Shown here one piece after another: positions 1-9,586 of a stretch of 64,000 nucleotides of DNA. The stretch is from an uncultured Candidatus Peribacteria bacterium. Its GTDB lineage: Bacteria; Patescibacteriota; Gracilibacteria; RBG-16-42-10. The position numbers were made by a program, and so were the translations under genes. Positions within the stretch are counted from its first letter, which is position 1; each line of letters begins with the position of its first letter. The stretch spans positions 68,111 through 132,110 of the forward strand of contig CAZERA010000002.1 in the NCBI GenBank assembly GCA_964514565.1, in the 5' to 3' direction. Below the pieces are notes generated by a model. The model was not told the origin of the DNA, did no database searches, and saw nothing but the letters and a program-made list of their open reading frames with translations.

Positions 1-18
1 TTATTGTTGTGATTTGAT

Positions 19-894
19 ATGACAGATATAAAACTCTTAGACATTCCATTCGATCCAGTCACCCAGGCTGAGGCGTTGGATTTGATTGAGAGCCGCATAA
101 AACAAGGTAAGCACACGAGAATTGCCACTATCAATCCAGAGTTTGTGCTTGAAGCTCAAAAAAATCCTGATTTCAAACAAGCGCTAAAAAGCGCTGATCT
201 CCGCTTGGCAGATGGCATCGGTATATTATGGGCAACTCACTTTCTCAACATACAACCAGCTTTTCCAAAACTGTACAAAGTAATCCCTGGTCTTTACGGC
301 TTATGGCAATGTGTTTACACCTTGGGCTTACTTCCCTTTACCAAGAGAGTTGTACGTAATCCATTACCAGAACGAGTGACGGGTAGTGATTTATTCATCC
401 CCTTGATCACGAAACTTTCAGAATTAAATGAACGCATATTTTTGTTGGGGGGGGCACCAGGCGTAGGAGAAAAAACAGCACAGATTTTGCAACAAAAGAT
501 CCCCAATCTTCAAGTTGCCGGATACTATCCTGGCTCACCACACAAAGACGAGGCTCAGAAAATTATTGCCATTATCAATGACAGCAAAGCTACAGCTCTA
601 TTTGTTGCTTTCCAGTTTCCTGCTCAAGATATTTGGATTGCTCAATATATGCCTAGAATGCATCAATTAAAGGTGGCAATCGGTGTTGGCGGAGCATTTG
701 ATTTTATTGCTGGTACTAGTCACCTCAATCATAGTGGTACTAAGACAAAACGCGCCCCCCCATGGATTAGAAGGCTCAATTTAGAATGGTTTTGGAGACT
801 AATCACTCAACCGTATCGCTGGAAAAGAATCTTTCAAGCAACTTTCTCTTTTATTAGAGCTTGCCTACAAGAACGAATCAGTCCCGCAAACTGA
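19..894 (+). CDS. WecB/TagA/CpsF family glycosyltransferase (GT26)
   Basis: Motifs TINPE, ADGIG, RVTGSDL, IFLLGG, GVGGAFDF, RAP..LEWFWRL..QPYRWKR. Confidence 0.92.
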   Translation: MTDIKLLDIPFDPVTQAEALDLIESRIKQGKHTRIATINPEFVLEAQKNPDFKQALKSADLRLADGIGILWATHFLNIQPAFPKLYKVIPGLYGLWQCVYTLGLLPFTKRVVRNPLPERVTGSDLFIPLITKLSELNERIFLLGGAPGVGEKTAQILQQKIPNLQVAGYYPGSPHKDEAQKIIAIINDSKATALFVAFQFPAQDIWIAQYMPRMHQLKVAIGVGGAFDFIAGTSHLNHSGTKTKRAPPWIRRLNLEWFWRLITQPYRWKRIFQATFSFIRACLQERISPAN

Positions 895-998
895 ACACCA
901 CCCACAACATAAAAGTTGCTTTTTCATAATAATATTGTAGAAAATACTAGCTATTTTTAGCATGGCATGTTTTTCTGTGCTTAGATTAAAGCTCTAGC

Positions 999-2171
999 AT
1001 GTATCTGTCCTATGTTATCCCTTGTCTCAACGAAGAAGAGACATTGGGCATAGTGGTACAAAAGGCAATCAATACAATTAAAAAGCTAAAAATAGATGGC
1101 GAAGTCATTGTTAGTGACAATGGCAGCACAGACAGATCCAAACAAATAGCTCAAGAATTAGGTGCTCGAGTAGTAGATTGCCCTGAACGTGGAAATGGCA
1201 ATGCATTACGTTTTGGTTTTCAAGCTGCATTAGGCAAATACATTATTATGCTTGATGCTGACGATAGCTATAATGCTGAAGAAGTTGATTGTTTTCTAGA
1301 AGAGCTAGATAAGGGAGCTGATATAGTAATAGGTAGTCGGCTAAGAGGAAAAATGGAGGAAGGCAGCAATCCTTGGTTACACAGGTATATTGGCACTCCA
1401 TTACAAACATTTATTTGCAACATCCTTTTTCATACCAAGGTGTCTGATATCCATAGTGGTATGCGTGGATTCAGAAAAGAGATGCTGGAGCAATGGAAGC
1501 TTGATAGCAAAGGATTTGAGCTTTGTACTGAAATGATGATCAAAGCTGGTATTACTAAAAGTAAGATTGTAGAGATACCAATTAATTTCTACAGAGACAA
1601 ACGATCTAGAGCCCCTCATCTCAAAACCTGGAGTCACGGCTGGGCAGTGCTTAAATACATGCTACTCTTTGGCACCAACAAAATTTTGATTTGGCCAGGC
1701 GTGATCGCCTTTTTACTAGGAACTATATTAGTATTCTCTCAGATCAATGGGCCAATCCACTTAGGAACCTTTCCAGTAGATATTCACTTTATGGTCCTGG
1801 GCTTAATGTTGAGCATTATTGGTGTATACATGGCCTCTAGCGGGATTGTAGTCAACCTTTACAGTAAATTAAGATACTACTACGGCAATATTCACTTACC
1901 TAGAGCAATCGAAAGCATTTTCACTTTCGATAAAGGTTTCTTCATTGGAGGCTTACTAGGAGTTCTAGGAGTAATGGTTGAAATTAGTATCCTAACCCAA
2001 TGGGTCAATATGGGGTATAGAAATATTAGTGCCCTCAGGCCAGTTATTATTGGATTTTATTTTGTATTTTTAGGAATCTCACTCGTTGTCTTCTCTTTTA
2101 TTTTTACCTTACTCAAAGAATCACTTCACTCCGCGGCAGCAGCATCAAATAAAAAAACTCCTAATCTTTAA
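999..2171 (+). CDS. GT2 glycosyltransferase, polyprenyl-phosphate glycosyltransferase-like, with C-terminal TM helices
   Basis: VIPCLNEE, SDNGSTD, DADDSY, VIGSR, SDIHSGMRGF; about four hydrophobic C-terminal segments. Confidence 0.85.
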   Translation: MYLSYVIPCLNEEETLGIVVQKAINTIKKLKIDGEVIVSDNGSTDRSKQIAQELGARVVDCPERGNGNALRFGFQAALGKYIIMLDADDSYNAEEVDCFLEELDKGADIVIGSRLRGKMEEGSNPWLHRYIGTPLQTFICNILFHTKVSDIHSGMRGFRKEMLEQWKLDSKGFELCTEMMIKAGITKSKIVEIPINFYRDKRSRAPHLKTWSHGWAVLKYMLLFGTNKILIWPGVIAFLLGTILVFSQINGPIHLGTFPVDIHFMVLGLMLSIIGVYMASSGIVVNLYSKLRYYYGNIHLPRAIESIFTFDKGFFIGGLLGVLGVMVEISILTQWVNMGYRNISALRPVIIGFYFVFLGISLVVFSFIFTLLKESLHSAAAASNKKTPNL

Positions 2172-2182
2172 CTGTTTGAAGC

Positions 2183-2896
2183 ATGAACGATCAATTTTCT
2201 CAGGAGGGTGATAAGAATTTAAAAATTCTAGCCCAAGCCAACAACTTTACACTGTGGATGTATGAACAAGCCAAACCATATCTAAAAGGCACTATCCTAG
2301 AAATTGGTAGCGGACACGGCAATTACAGTAAACTTATCATCAGGGACTTTCCTACTCAGAAAATTATCCTCAGTGAAATAGATGAAAATTATCTTACTCG
2401 GCTTCAAACTGATCTAGGCAACAAAAATGTTTCCACAATCAAACTCAATCTTGAGAAAAAGGCTGACTTCAATCAAATCGACCAAATCGATTCTGCTTTT
2501 GCACTTAATGTACTAGAGCACGTAGAGCATGATGTAGATGCTCTTAATAATATCTACAACAAACTTACACCTGGTGGTACATTTACTGTATTAGTTCCTG
2601 CCCACCAATTTCTTTACAACTGCATAGATAAAAGCGTAGGACACTTCAGACGTTACAATAAAAAATTGATGAAAGAAAAAGTGGCACAAACTCAATTCAA
2701 AATAAAAAAACTATTTTATTTCAACGCTATCTCCATACCTGGATGGTACTTGAGCGGTAATATCCTAAAACGAGATCTATTGAGTGAAAATAAAATGCAG
2801 TTTTTTGATAAATTGGTGCCAGTTTTAAAATTTTTTGAAAAATATATCCTTAGAAAAAGTGTCGGAATGTCATTGATAGCTGTATTAGAAAAATAA
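2183..2896 (+). CDS. Class I SAM-dependent methyltransferase
   Basis: LEIGSGHG motif I, NVLEHV, LVPAH..DKSVGHFRRY. Confidence 0.85.
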   Translation: MNDQFSQEGDKNLKILAQANNFTLWMYEQAKPYLKGTILEIGSGHGNYSKLIIRDFPTQKIILSEIDENYLTRLQTDLGNKNVSTIKLNLEKKADFNQIDQIDSAFALNVLEHVEHDVDALNNIYNKLTPGGTFTVLVPAHQFLYNCIDKSVGHFRRYNKKLMKEKVAQTQFKIKKLFYFNAISIPGWYLSGNILKRDLLSENKMQFFDKLVPVLKFFEKYILRKSVGMSLIAVLEK

Positions 2897-2916
2897 TACA
2901 TTACTTACCTACACCT

Positions 2917-3576
2917 ATGAAAACTCTAGATGAAAAAACTCAACCCCTGGAAACAATTGTGCCAGAGTACGAGTCAGGCAGTAGATTAGTAAAGTGGCTA
3001 TTTCATAAAAGACTAAACTGGGCCACCAAAATGACTCAGAAGAAAAGTAATAGGGAAGATATTGCCATACTAGATGCAGGCTGCGGTAACGGCATTTGGC
3101 TCAAAAAGCTAGCTGAATTAGGTTACACCAACTTACACGGTATAGATTTCAACGAGCATGTGACAGAAATTATAGTCCCTAATGCTCAATTCCGATGTGG
3201 CGATTTAGCAAAGACTGGCTATTTAGACGAACAGTTCGATGTGATAGCTATTTTAGATGTGATAGAACATATTCCCGATCCTACTAATGTTATTAAAGAA
3301 CTAAAAAGAATTCTCAAACCAAACGGCATCATCTTGGCATCTCTTCCCACCGAACATGCATTATATAAACTAGGAAGATTTATCCTCAAAGGGACGTTCA
3401 GTTCAGAAGATGGCCCAGCTACGGGAGTGCATTACCACAACGCTAAAGATTTAGATAAACGGCTACAAAAACATTTCCAACTTATTACATCAAAATATGT
3501 CCCCACATTTCCACCTTTTAACCTTTTTAATTTAAAAACTTACTGCAAAAATTCACCTGTCATTTCTACGACATGA
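2917..3576 (+). CDS. Class I SAM-dependent methyltransferase
   Basis: LDAGCGNG, DVIEHI, ILKPNG; ATGA overlap with next gene. Confidence 0.85.
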   Translation: MKTLDEKTQPLETIVPEYESGSRLVKWLFHKRLNWATKMTQKKSNREDIAILDAGCGNGIWLKKLAELGYTNLHGIDFNEHVTEIIVPNAQFRCGDLAKTGYLDEQFDVIAILDVIEHIPDPTNVIKELKRILKPNGIILASLPTEHALYKLGRFILKGTFSSEDGPATGVHYHNAKDLDKRLQKHFQLITSKYVPTFPPFNLFNLKTYCKNSPVISTT

Positions 3577-4961
3577 ACAAAATCTGGTTACGCTCAATGC
3601 TTTTTTTAAGTGAACACAGATATTTTATTATTTTCTTCTTTATATCTGTAACTGTTTTTGGTATCTGGTGGTTGGCATTTTTTCCTGGCTTCATGAGTCC
3701 AGATAGCATCGACCAATGGAATCAAACAACCACATTACAATTTAGCAATTGGCATCCGTACATCCACACTTTATACATACTGGTCCTCCGCCAAATCTGG
3801 AATAATCCAGCCATGGTGGCTTTATTCCAGATTGTAACAACAAGCAGTCTTTTTAGTTGGATATTTAGCTATTGTTTAAAAAAAGGCGTAAATAAATGGG
3901 TGATATGGCTAATGTTCCTCTTCTTCGTCAGCTCGATTCCAGTAGCTGTTTACTCAATAACACTATGGAAAGATACTATTTTCTCACTAGTAACTGTATG
4001 TACATTTTTTTACATCGCCACGCTAAAATTGGAGGAAAAGGAAATAACTAGCTTACAACTAACAAATATCTTAATTCTCTCGACCCTTACAATTTTTTTA
4101 CGCCATAACGGACTGATGTACATACTAGTATTACCTATACTTGTAGCCTTATTTTTTTCTGCTCAAAAAAAACGTGTTCTTCAATATATAATTGGTTTAA
4201 TAGTATTATTTTTAAGCTTACATAATGTAGTCCCAACTTTATTGAAAGTAACGCCTGAGCCCTTCTGGTTTAGTAGATTATTTTTATACCAAGCTACAGC
4301 AGGCTTTTATGCAAGACTGCCAAATTCATCACTCACTCCGGAAACAAAAGCAGCAATGGAAATGGTTATGCCAGGAGAACTAATAAAAAAGCTCTATAAT
4401 CCAATCAATACCAATCCAATGATTATCAAGGGCCATAATGCCAGTATTAATGTAGATATATTAATGTCCCACGAATTTTGGGACCAAATAACTAACGACT
4501 TTTTCCACCAGAATCTAAAAAACAATATTCTCCTATTTATATCCGACAAAAATAAAATGATGTATGCAGTACTTACTGGTGAATATTACGCAATGGATAA
4601 TACTATTGCCAATAACAACCAGGGACTACATGCTACACCCCTTTTAAAAGGTGTTCACACTACATTGAGTGAGTTTCTAGAGTGGATGTTAACAGATCAG
4701 AATAAGCCAGTTAGAATTGTTATCTGGTCCACATGGTTTAGCCTTCTGGTTTTAATTGCACTTACTATTGAGGCTATCAGAAAGAAAAAAGCCTACTTTA
4801 TTCTTTTTTCGAGTGGTCTACTGATACAAGTACCGGCACTTTACATCTTCAATGTGGCAAATGACTGGCGATATCTTTACTTAATCTATCTTAGTATCTT
4901 TGTTGCTATCCCATTCTGTCTAGTGACTGATTCATCAAAGCATAAAGTCAGCAATAAATGA
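3573..4961 (+). CDS. Multi-pass membrane protein, DUF6020/GT-C-like putative glycosyltransferase
   Basis: FPGFMSPDS..QW, NWHPY, LWKD, RHNG, DWRY motifs; many TM segments. Confidence 0.65.
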   Translation: MNKIWLRSMLFLSEHRYFIIFFFISVTVFGIWWLAFFPGFMSPDSIDQWNQTTTLQFSNWHPYIHTLYILVLRQIWNNPAMVALFQIVTTSSLFSWIFSYCLKKGVNKWVIWLMFLFFVSSIPVAVYSITLWKDTIFSLVTVCTFFYIATLKLEEKEITSLQLTNILILSTLTIFLRHNGLMYILVLPILVALFFSAQKKRVLQYIIGLIVLFLSLHNVVPTLLKVTPEPFWFSRLFLYQATAGFYARLPNSSLTPETKAAMEMVMPGELIKKLYNPINTNPMIIKGHNASINVDILMSHEFWDQITNDFFHQNLKNNILLFISDKNKMMYAVLTGEYYAMDNTIANNNQGLHATPLLKGVHTTLSEFLEWMLTDQNKPVRIVIWSTWFSLLVLIALTIEAIRKKKAYFILFSSGLLIQVPALYIFNVANDWRYLYLIYLSIFVAIPFCLVTDSSKHKVSNK

Positions 4962-4965
4962 TTGA

Positions 4966-6350
4966 ATGAACACATCGAAGCTTTTCAAATCATTACATAC
5001 AAGAATAAAAAACAATTATTACTTTTGGGTATTTTTCTTAATTTCCACATTCGTTTTCTTTCTCTGGTGGGCAGCGTTTTTCCCAGCGTTAATGAGCACT
5101 GATAGTATCGGCCAGTGGATACAAACGATGGATTTGAACAAATTGAGTGACTGGCATCCTTACCTTAGTACGCTCTACTTTTACTTTCTAAAACTCATAT
5201 ATAACTCACCAGCAACCGTAAGCTTATTCCAGATTATTTGGACAGCAGCTCTTTTTAGTTACATATTTAACTTTTTCATCAAGGTTGGTCTTAAAAAAAT
5301 CTATATTTATGTACTTTTCATATTTTTTGTTACTTCTATTCCAATTGGTCTTTTCAATATTTCACTCTGGAAAGATGTTCCATTCTCTCTTTGTTTAATA
5401 GGGTTTTTGTTTTTTCTCTGCAAAGCTATCTATGAAAAAAAATCAGTGGTATTAGTTTCCTAATATTACTATTGTTTAGTATAGGCGCTACTTTTTTTAG
5501 ACACAATGGACTGCTAAACTTATTTATTTTTCCTATAGTTATTGGGCAGGGATTGAGAAAAATATCATCCAAAGTTACATTTGGACTAATTAGTAGTTAT
5601 CTAATTGCCTTTATAATATTCTATTCAGGCATACCTAGAATCCTACAAGTTGAACCGTCTCCAAGTTGGCTGACACAGCTAACCATATATATGGAGTCAG
5701 TCTCTTATCTTCAAGAACACCCCTTCGGGAGAACAATCCCAAGATTAAGTACAAAGACTCAGGAACTGCTAGCCAAGGTTGCACCTAAAGAATTCCTCCT
5801 GAAGAACTATGACCCTCTTTACGTAAACTATATTTTATTTCCTGATCAAATAAATAAGGGCGCCATGACCGACGAGTTTATAAAAGATTTAACTAAAGAA
5901 TTTTTTACACACAATCTCCCAACAAACTTAAACTTTTTCATTGGAAACCGCGTAACATTATTTGCTAGTGCAACACTAGGCTATGCGAATACAGCTGAGT
6001 TAGGTATAGCTAAAAACAACCTTGGACTAAAAACAAATCCGATATCTTCAACACTCAACAAATTATTATACCAAATTGCAGGAGAGTCTATGACCGCAAC
6101 TATTTTTAGATTTTTCGTTTGGAATGCTCTATTAATCATTTTGTTTTTACTATTTGCTTTTGTGGATAGCCTTTATAAAAAAAACACACCTTTGAGATTC
6201 TTTAGTTCTGTTTTACTAATAAACATTGCTTTTCTAGCCATGCTTGTCCCAGCAGCAGACTGGAGATACTTTTACTTCGCCTATCTATCGATCTTTATTG
6301 CAATCCCTATATGGCTAACTAAAGATCTATCCCAGAACACTTTGCACTAA
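4966..6350 (+). pseudogene. Tandem paralog of the upstream DUF6020/GT-C-like gene, split by a frameshift at an A8 run (ORFs 4966-5463 and 5472-6350)
   Basis: N-half has FPALMSTDS, DWHPY and LWKD; C-half has RHNG and DWRY. One extra A at 5435-5442 joins them as YEKKISGISFLILLLFSIGATFFRHNG. Confidence 0.8.
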
Positions 6351-7531
6351 TAACCACGAGACCTCTTTAAGCCCACATGTATTATCCTAAGGATCTTAAC
6401 CAGCCAAGATCTCCGTCGTACCCATTGCAACATTTTTTCTTTAACAAGTACACCTGACTTTTCTTCCTCAACATACCAATCAAAAAAGAACTTAGCGCGA
6501 ACTTTGATAGATGAAGGGAGAATAGTCTCTTTTACTAGAATCTCTTCCACAGCCGACTTAAAATTCTCAGCCTGATTTTGCCAACTAGGCCAACCTGAAG
6601 CAGTCTTGGCAGCGTTAGCTTTTAGCTCAGCAAGTAATTCAGGCCTAGCTTTAAGCTTATTAATTGCCTTGACTACCCCAGTCTCATTATCACAATCCAA
6701 GACCAACGCATTGTGAGCGTTAACAATGTATTCATCATGTCCAGTCACATTATAAACGATTGCAGTACCTCCACAGCTAAATATTTCCAAAGGAGGACCA
6801 AACATACCCTCGACATAACTTAGCTTCACTAAAACGTCACAAGAACGATAAATACTCGGGGTCTCAAACATAGGTATACGAGAAAAAACTCGAGCAACGC
6901 CTGGGTATGCTTTGATATCACTCGAAGTTAATAACCAAACTTCATCTGCATTGGAAGCCAATGCCAGCTTAATGGCATTTTCGGTATTTTTAAAAAATAC
7001 CCCCAATGGTCCCTCGATCAAAACTCTCAGTTTTCCCGCTTCTTTAGGTGCAACCACTTCACCTTCAGCTGAATAAATATCTTTACGGATGCCATTCTTA
7101 ACCAAATACGGTTGATTACCATATTGACCTAAATAATGCTCAATCCAACTAGCCTCAGTAATAGTAGGTAAGTTAAGTAAATACGTAGCCTCTACTAAGC
7201 GCCGCAAGGCAATTTGTTTTTCAGAATAAAAGCGGGTCTCGATTGACTGAACAAAATAAGCATATTTTGTGGCGTTGATTCTATGTAGTTCATATACAGT
7301 TCGCCACCAAGTAGCAAATACAATATCAAAATGACATTCTTTGACCTGATCATAAGTCAAAAATACTAATTCCTTTGCTTCTTTGTGCCAAACAATATCT
7401 TCAGACCTCACCTTTTCTTCAGTAATAATCGTAATATCCACTCCCAACTTCTGCATCCGAATAGCATGCTCAAATATCACATAAGTTCCCCCACTAATCT
7501 GTGCCGATCCTAACAAAAAAGCACATTTCAT
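6347..7531 (-). CDS. GT4 glycosyltransferase (WsaF-like)
   Basis: SGGTYVI, FATWWRT, YFVQSIE, EGMFGPPLE; ATG at 7531 preferred. Confidence 0.8.
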   Translation of the reverse strand: MKCAFLLGSAQISGGTYVIFEHAIRMQKLGVDITIITEEKVRSEDIVWHKEAKELVFLTYDQVKECHFDIVFATWWRTVYELHRINATKYAYFVQSIETRFYSEKQIALRRLVEATYLLNLPTITEASWIEHYLGQYGNQPYLVKNGIRKDIYSAEGEVVAPKEAGKLRVLIEGPLGVFFKNTENAIKLALASNADEVWLLTSSDIKAYPGVARVFSRIPMFETPSIYRSCDVLVKLSYVEGMFGPPLEIFSCGGTAIVYNVTGHDEYIVNAHNALVLDCDNETGVVKAINKLKARPELLAELKANAAKTASGWPSWQNQAENFKSAVEEILVKETILPSSIKVRAKFFFDWYVEEEKSGVLVKEKMLQWVRRRSWLVKILRIIHVGLKRSRGY

Positions 7532-7532
7532 A

Positions 7533-9578
7533 TTACTTTCGGGTAAAGAAAAATTGAACATAACGGATCAAACGATAAATTTGGCGACCACCAGGGAAGA
7601 AAACATAGTCAAAAGAAAGTACTGGCCAAAAAACCTGGGTAAGAAATTTACGAGGAGACGTGAGTAAAAAATAAACATTCTTGATTTTTTGAGAAAAGCT
7701 CACGTCTCCAGCAGAAAATCGAGAAAAGTTAAACACGCCAAAATTTTCATAGTGTTTGAGGGCATGGAACCAATTACTTTCTCTTTTATTGGGAGAAAAA
7801 ACTAGCTTTTGATGTTCAGCCAAAAAGTGGGGATAAAGCTGAGCCAGTGAAACTGAACTTAAACTGGCATGCTTTGCCAAGGTGTGAAATTTCGCTAACA
7901 GCTGCTGTTGGAGTGGTTGAACGTGATTAGTGAAAATATCTTGCTCATCTTTGTGTTCAGCCAATACAACATCAACTTTCTCACCAGTTTTGACATACCT
8001 ACCAGCACTCCCATGAGATGCCCCCAAAAACACTTCAAATAAACTTTTGTTTTCATCAAATATGCCAAAGTCAGGCATGCGTTTATTCTGACAAGAAAAC
8101 AAAAGACCTTCTTTTGAGTTGATCGGGGAAACCATTGGAGCCCATACCAAACCAAGATAGTGACCAGCAACTGCTGTCTCCTTTGGCACCATACAACGAA
8201 TATTATCTTGAATTGTTCCTTTCCAACCAACATCTACTAGATGCAATGCTTGCTTAGTAAAGTCCACTCCAAAACTCTTCAAGTAAGCTAAAAAGTTCTC
8301 TCGTTGCTCAATACGTGTTTTTTCATAAAGCTGTTGAAAAATATTCAATTTTAGTAAAGCTTTAAATGTTTCTGATTGAGGGAAATCTTCAATCATCAAA
8401 TCAGCATCCTTAGCCAAAATCTGGCAGATATTGTCCTGCTCAGCGGTATCAAAGTTCAGTGACAATAAAAAAGACCGCAGTGAGAAAGTTCGATACTGCC
8501 GAAATAACCGCTCAAAGCTTTCTTGTTCTAAAGTTCCCAAAGAGGGAATAAAAGTAGCTTTTCGTGAAACCTTTAAGTAATGCAGCTTGATCTTGTGCTC
8601 AGGATAAAAAGCAGATTGATATATTTCAAACAATTTAATCAAATACTCTCCTTCTCGAGCTAAGAAGAATACATCTTGAACGTTCGCTTGATAAAGCGAC
8701 GCATACAGCCTAGCAATAAATACAAAAAGACTAAGAATGAGGCCTTCAAAAAGCCGATCACTTGTACTAGAAAAAAGTTCAGAAATAGTATGCTTAAAGA
8801 AAGCATAGCTATCAGCTTGAATCGCAAATTTGGTGTAGAATTTATATTGATGTATCCGTGACAATAAAAAAGCACTTATTCCGAGCGCAGTCGGCATCTG
8901 ATAGTCAGAGTAAGCATTATCACCGATCATAATCACCCGGGACTCTAATAACTTTAACTCCTGAACAATTAATTGATATAGCCGCCCAGATCTTTTTGTA
9001 AGATGATAGTCAGCTGAAACATATATACGAGTAAAAAGCTCTTCTAATCCATGAAAACGCAAAATTTGGGCTAAGTACTCACTCGGGAGATAAAAATCTG
9101 ATACTAATATCAACTGCAATCCTTGCTGTTTCCACTGGGTGAGTGAGTCATAAACGTCCTTATCCAGTTCCTGACAACGAACTTCCACACTAATTTCTAG
9201 GTCCAACAAAGCCTTTTTAAAATCTTCTGCAGACAATTTTGTTGTAATAACTTTTCGGAGCAAAAGCTCGTCATAGAGAGCTTGTCCCAGCTCAACAAGT
9301 GAAAATTCAGCATCCTTTCCATTCTGCAAGCTATTCGCACAAAGATTACGTTCAATCTCAGCACGCAAAAGATACAATTGACCAGCACTAATCTCTAAAC
9401 TGAGTAGCTCCTGCAACCGAGCCATCACTATCTTCTTAATTTGTTCAGGTTGTACTTTACGAACCACTAAAGTATCAAAAAAATCGCAAAAAATAGTGTC
9501 TTTCTCTCCAACTAACAAAACGGTATTTACATGCTTCAGCTCCTGCCTAATTGTAATATGATCAAGGGACGTCACCAT
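7533..9578 (-). CDS. HAD-superfamily hydrolase of polysaccharide loci
   Basis: DFFDTL motif I, VSDFY, K-SG, IGDN..SD; C-terminal FLAREG and VDVGWKGTIQ. Confidence 0.8.
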   Translation of the reverse strand: MVTSLDHITIRQELKHVNTVLLVGEKDTIFCDFFDTLVVRKVQPEQIKKIVMARLQELLSLEISAGQLYLLRAEIERNLCANSLQNGKDAEFSLVELGQALYDELLLRKVITTKLSAEDFKKALLDLEISVEVRCQELDKDVYDSLTQWKQQGLQLILVSDFYLPSEYLAQILRFHGLEELFTRIYVSADYHLTKRSGRLYQLIVQELKLLESRVIMIGDNAYSDYQMPTALGISAFLLSRIHQYKFYTKFAIQADSYAFFKHTISELFSSTSDRLFEGLILSLFVFIARLYASLYQANVQDVFFLAREGEYLIKLFEIYQSAFYPEHKIKLHYLKVSRKATFIPSLGTLEQESFERLFRQYRTFSLRSFLLSLNFDTAEQDNICQILAKDADLMIEDFPQSETFKALLKLNIFQQLYEKTRIEQRENFLAYLKSFGVDFTKQALHLVDVGWKGTIQDNIRCMVPKETAVAGHYLGLVWAPMVSPINSKEGLLFSCQNKRMPDFGIFDENKSLFEVFLGASHGSAGRYVKTGEKVDVVLAEHKDEQDIFTNHVQPLQQQLLAKFHTLAKHASLSSVSLAQLYPHFLAEHQKLVFSPNKRESNWFHALKHYENFGVFNFSRFSAGDVSFSQKIKNVYFLLTSPRKFLTQVFWPVLSFDYVFFPGGRQIYRLIRYVQFFFTRK

Positions 9579-9586
9579 ACTAAATA

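Noticed and set aside
447..454. G8 run in the TagA-like gene as a phase-variation tract
   Set aside because: It is in frame and encodes the conserved LGG motif; no evidence of variation.
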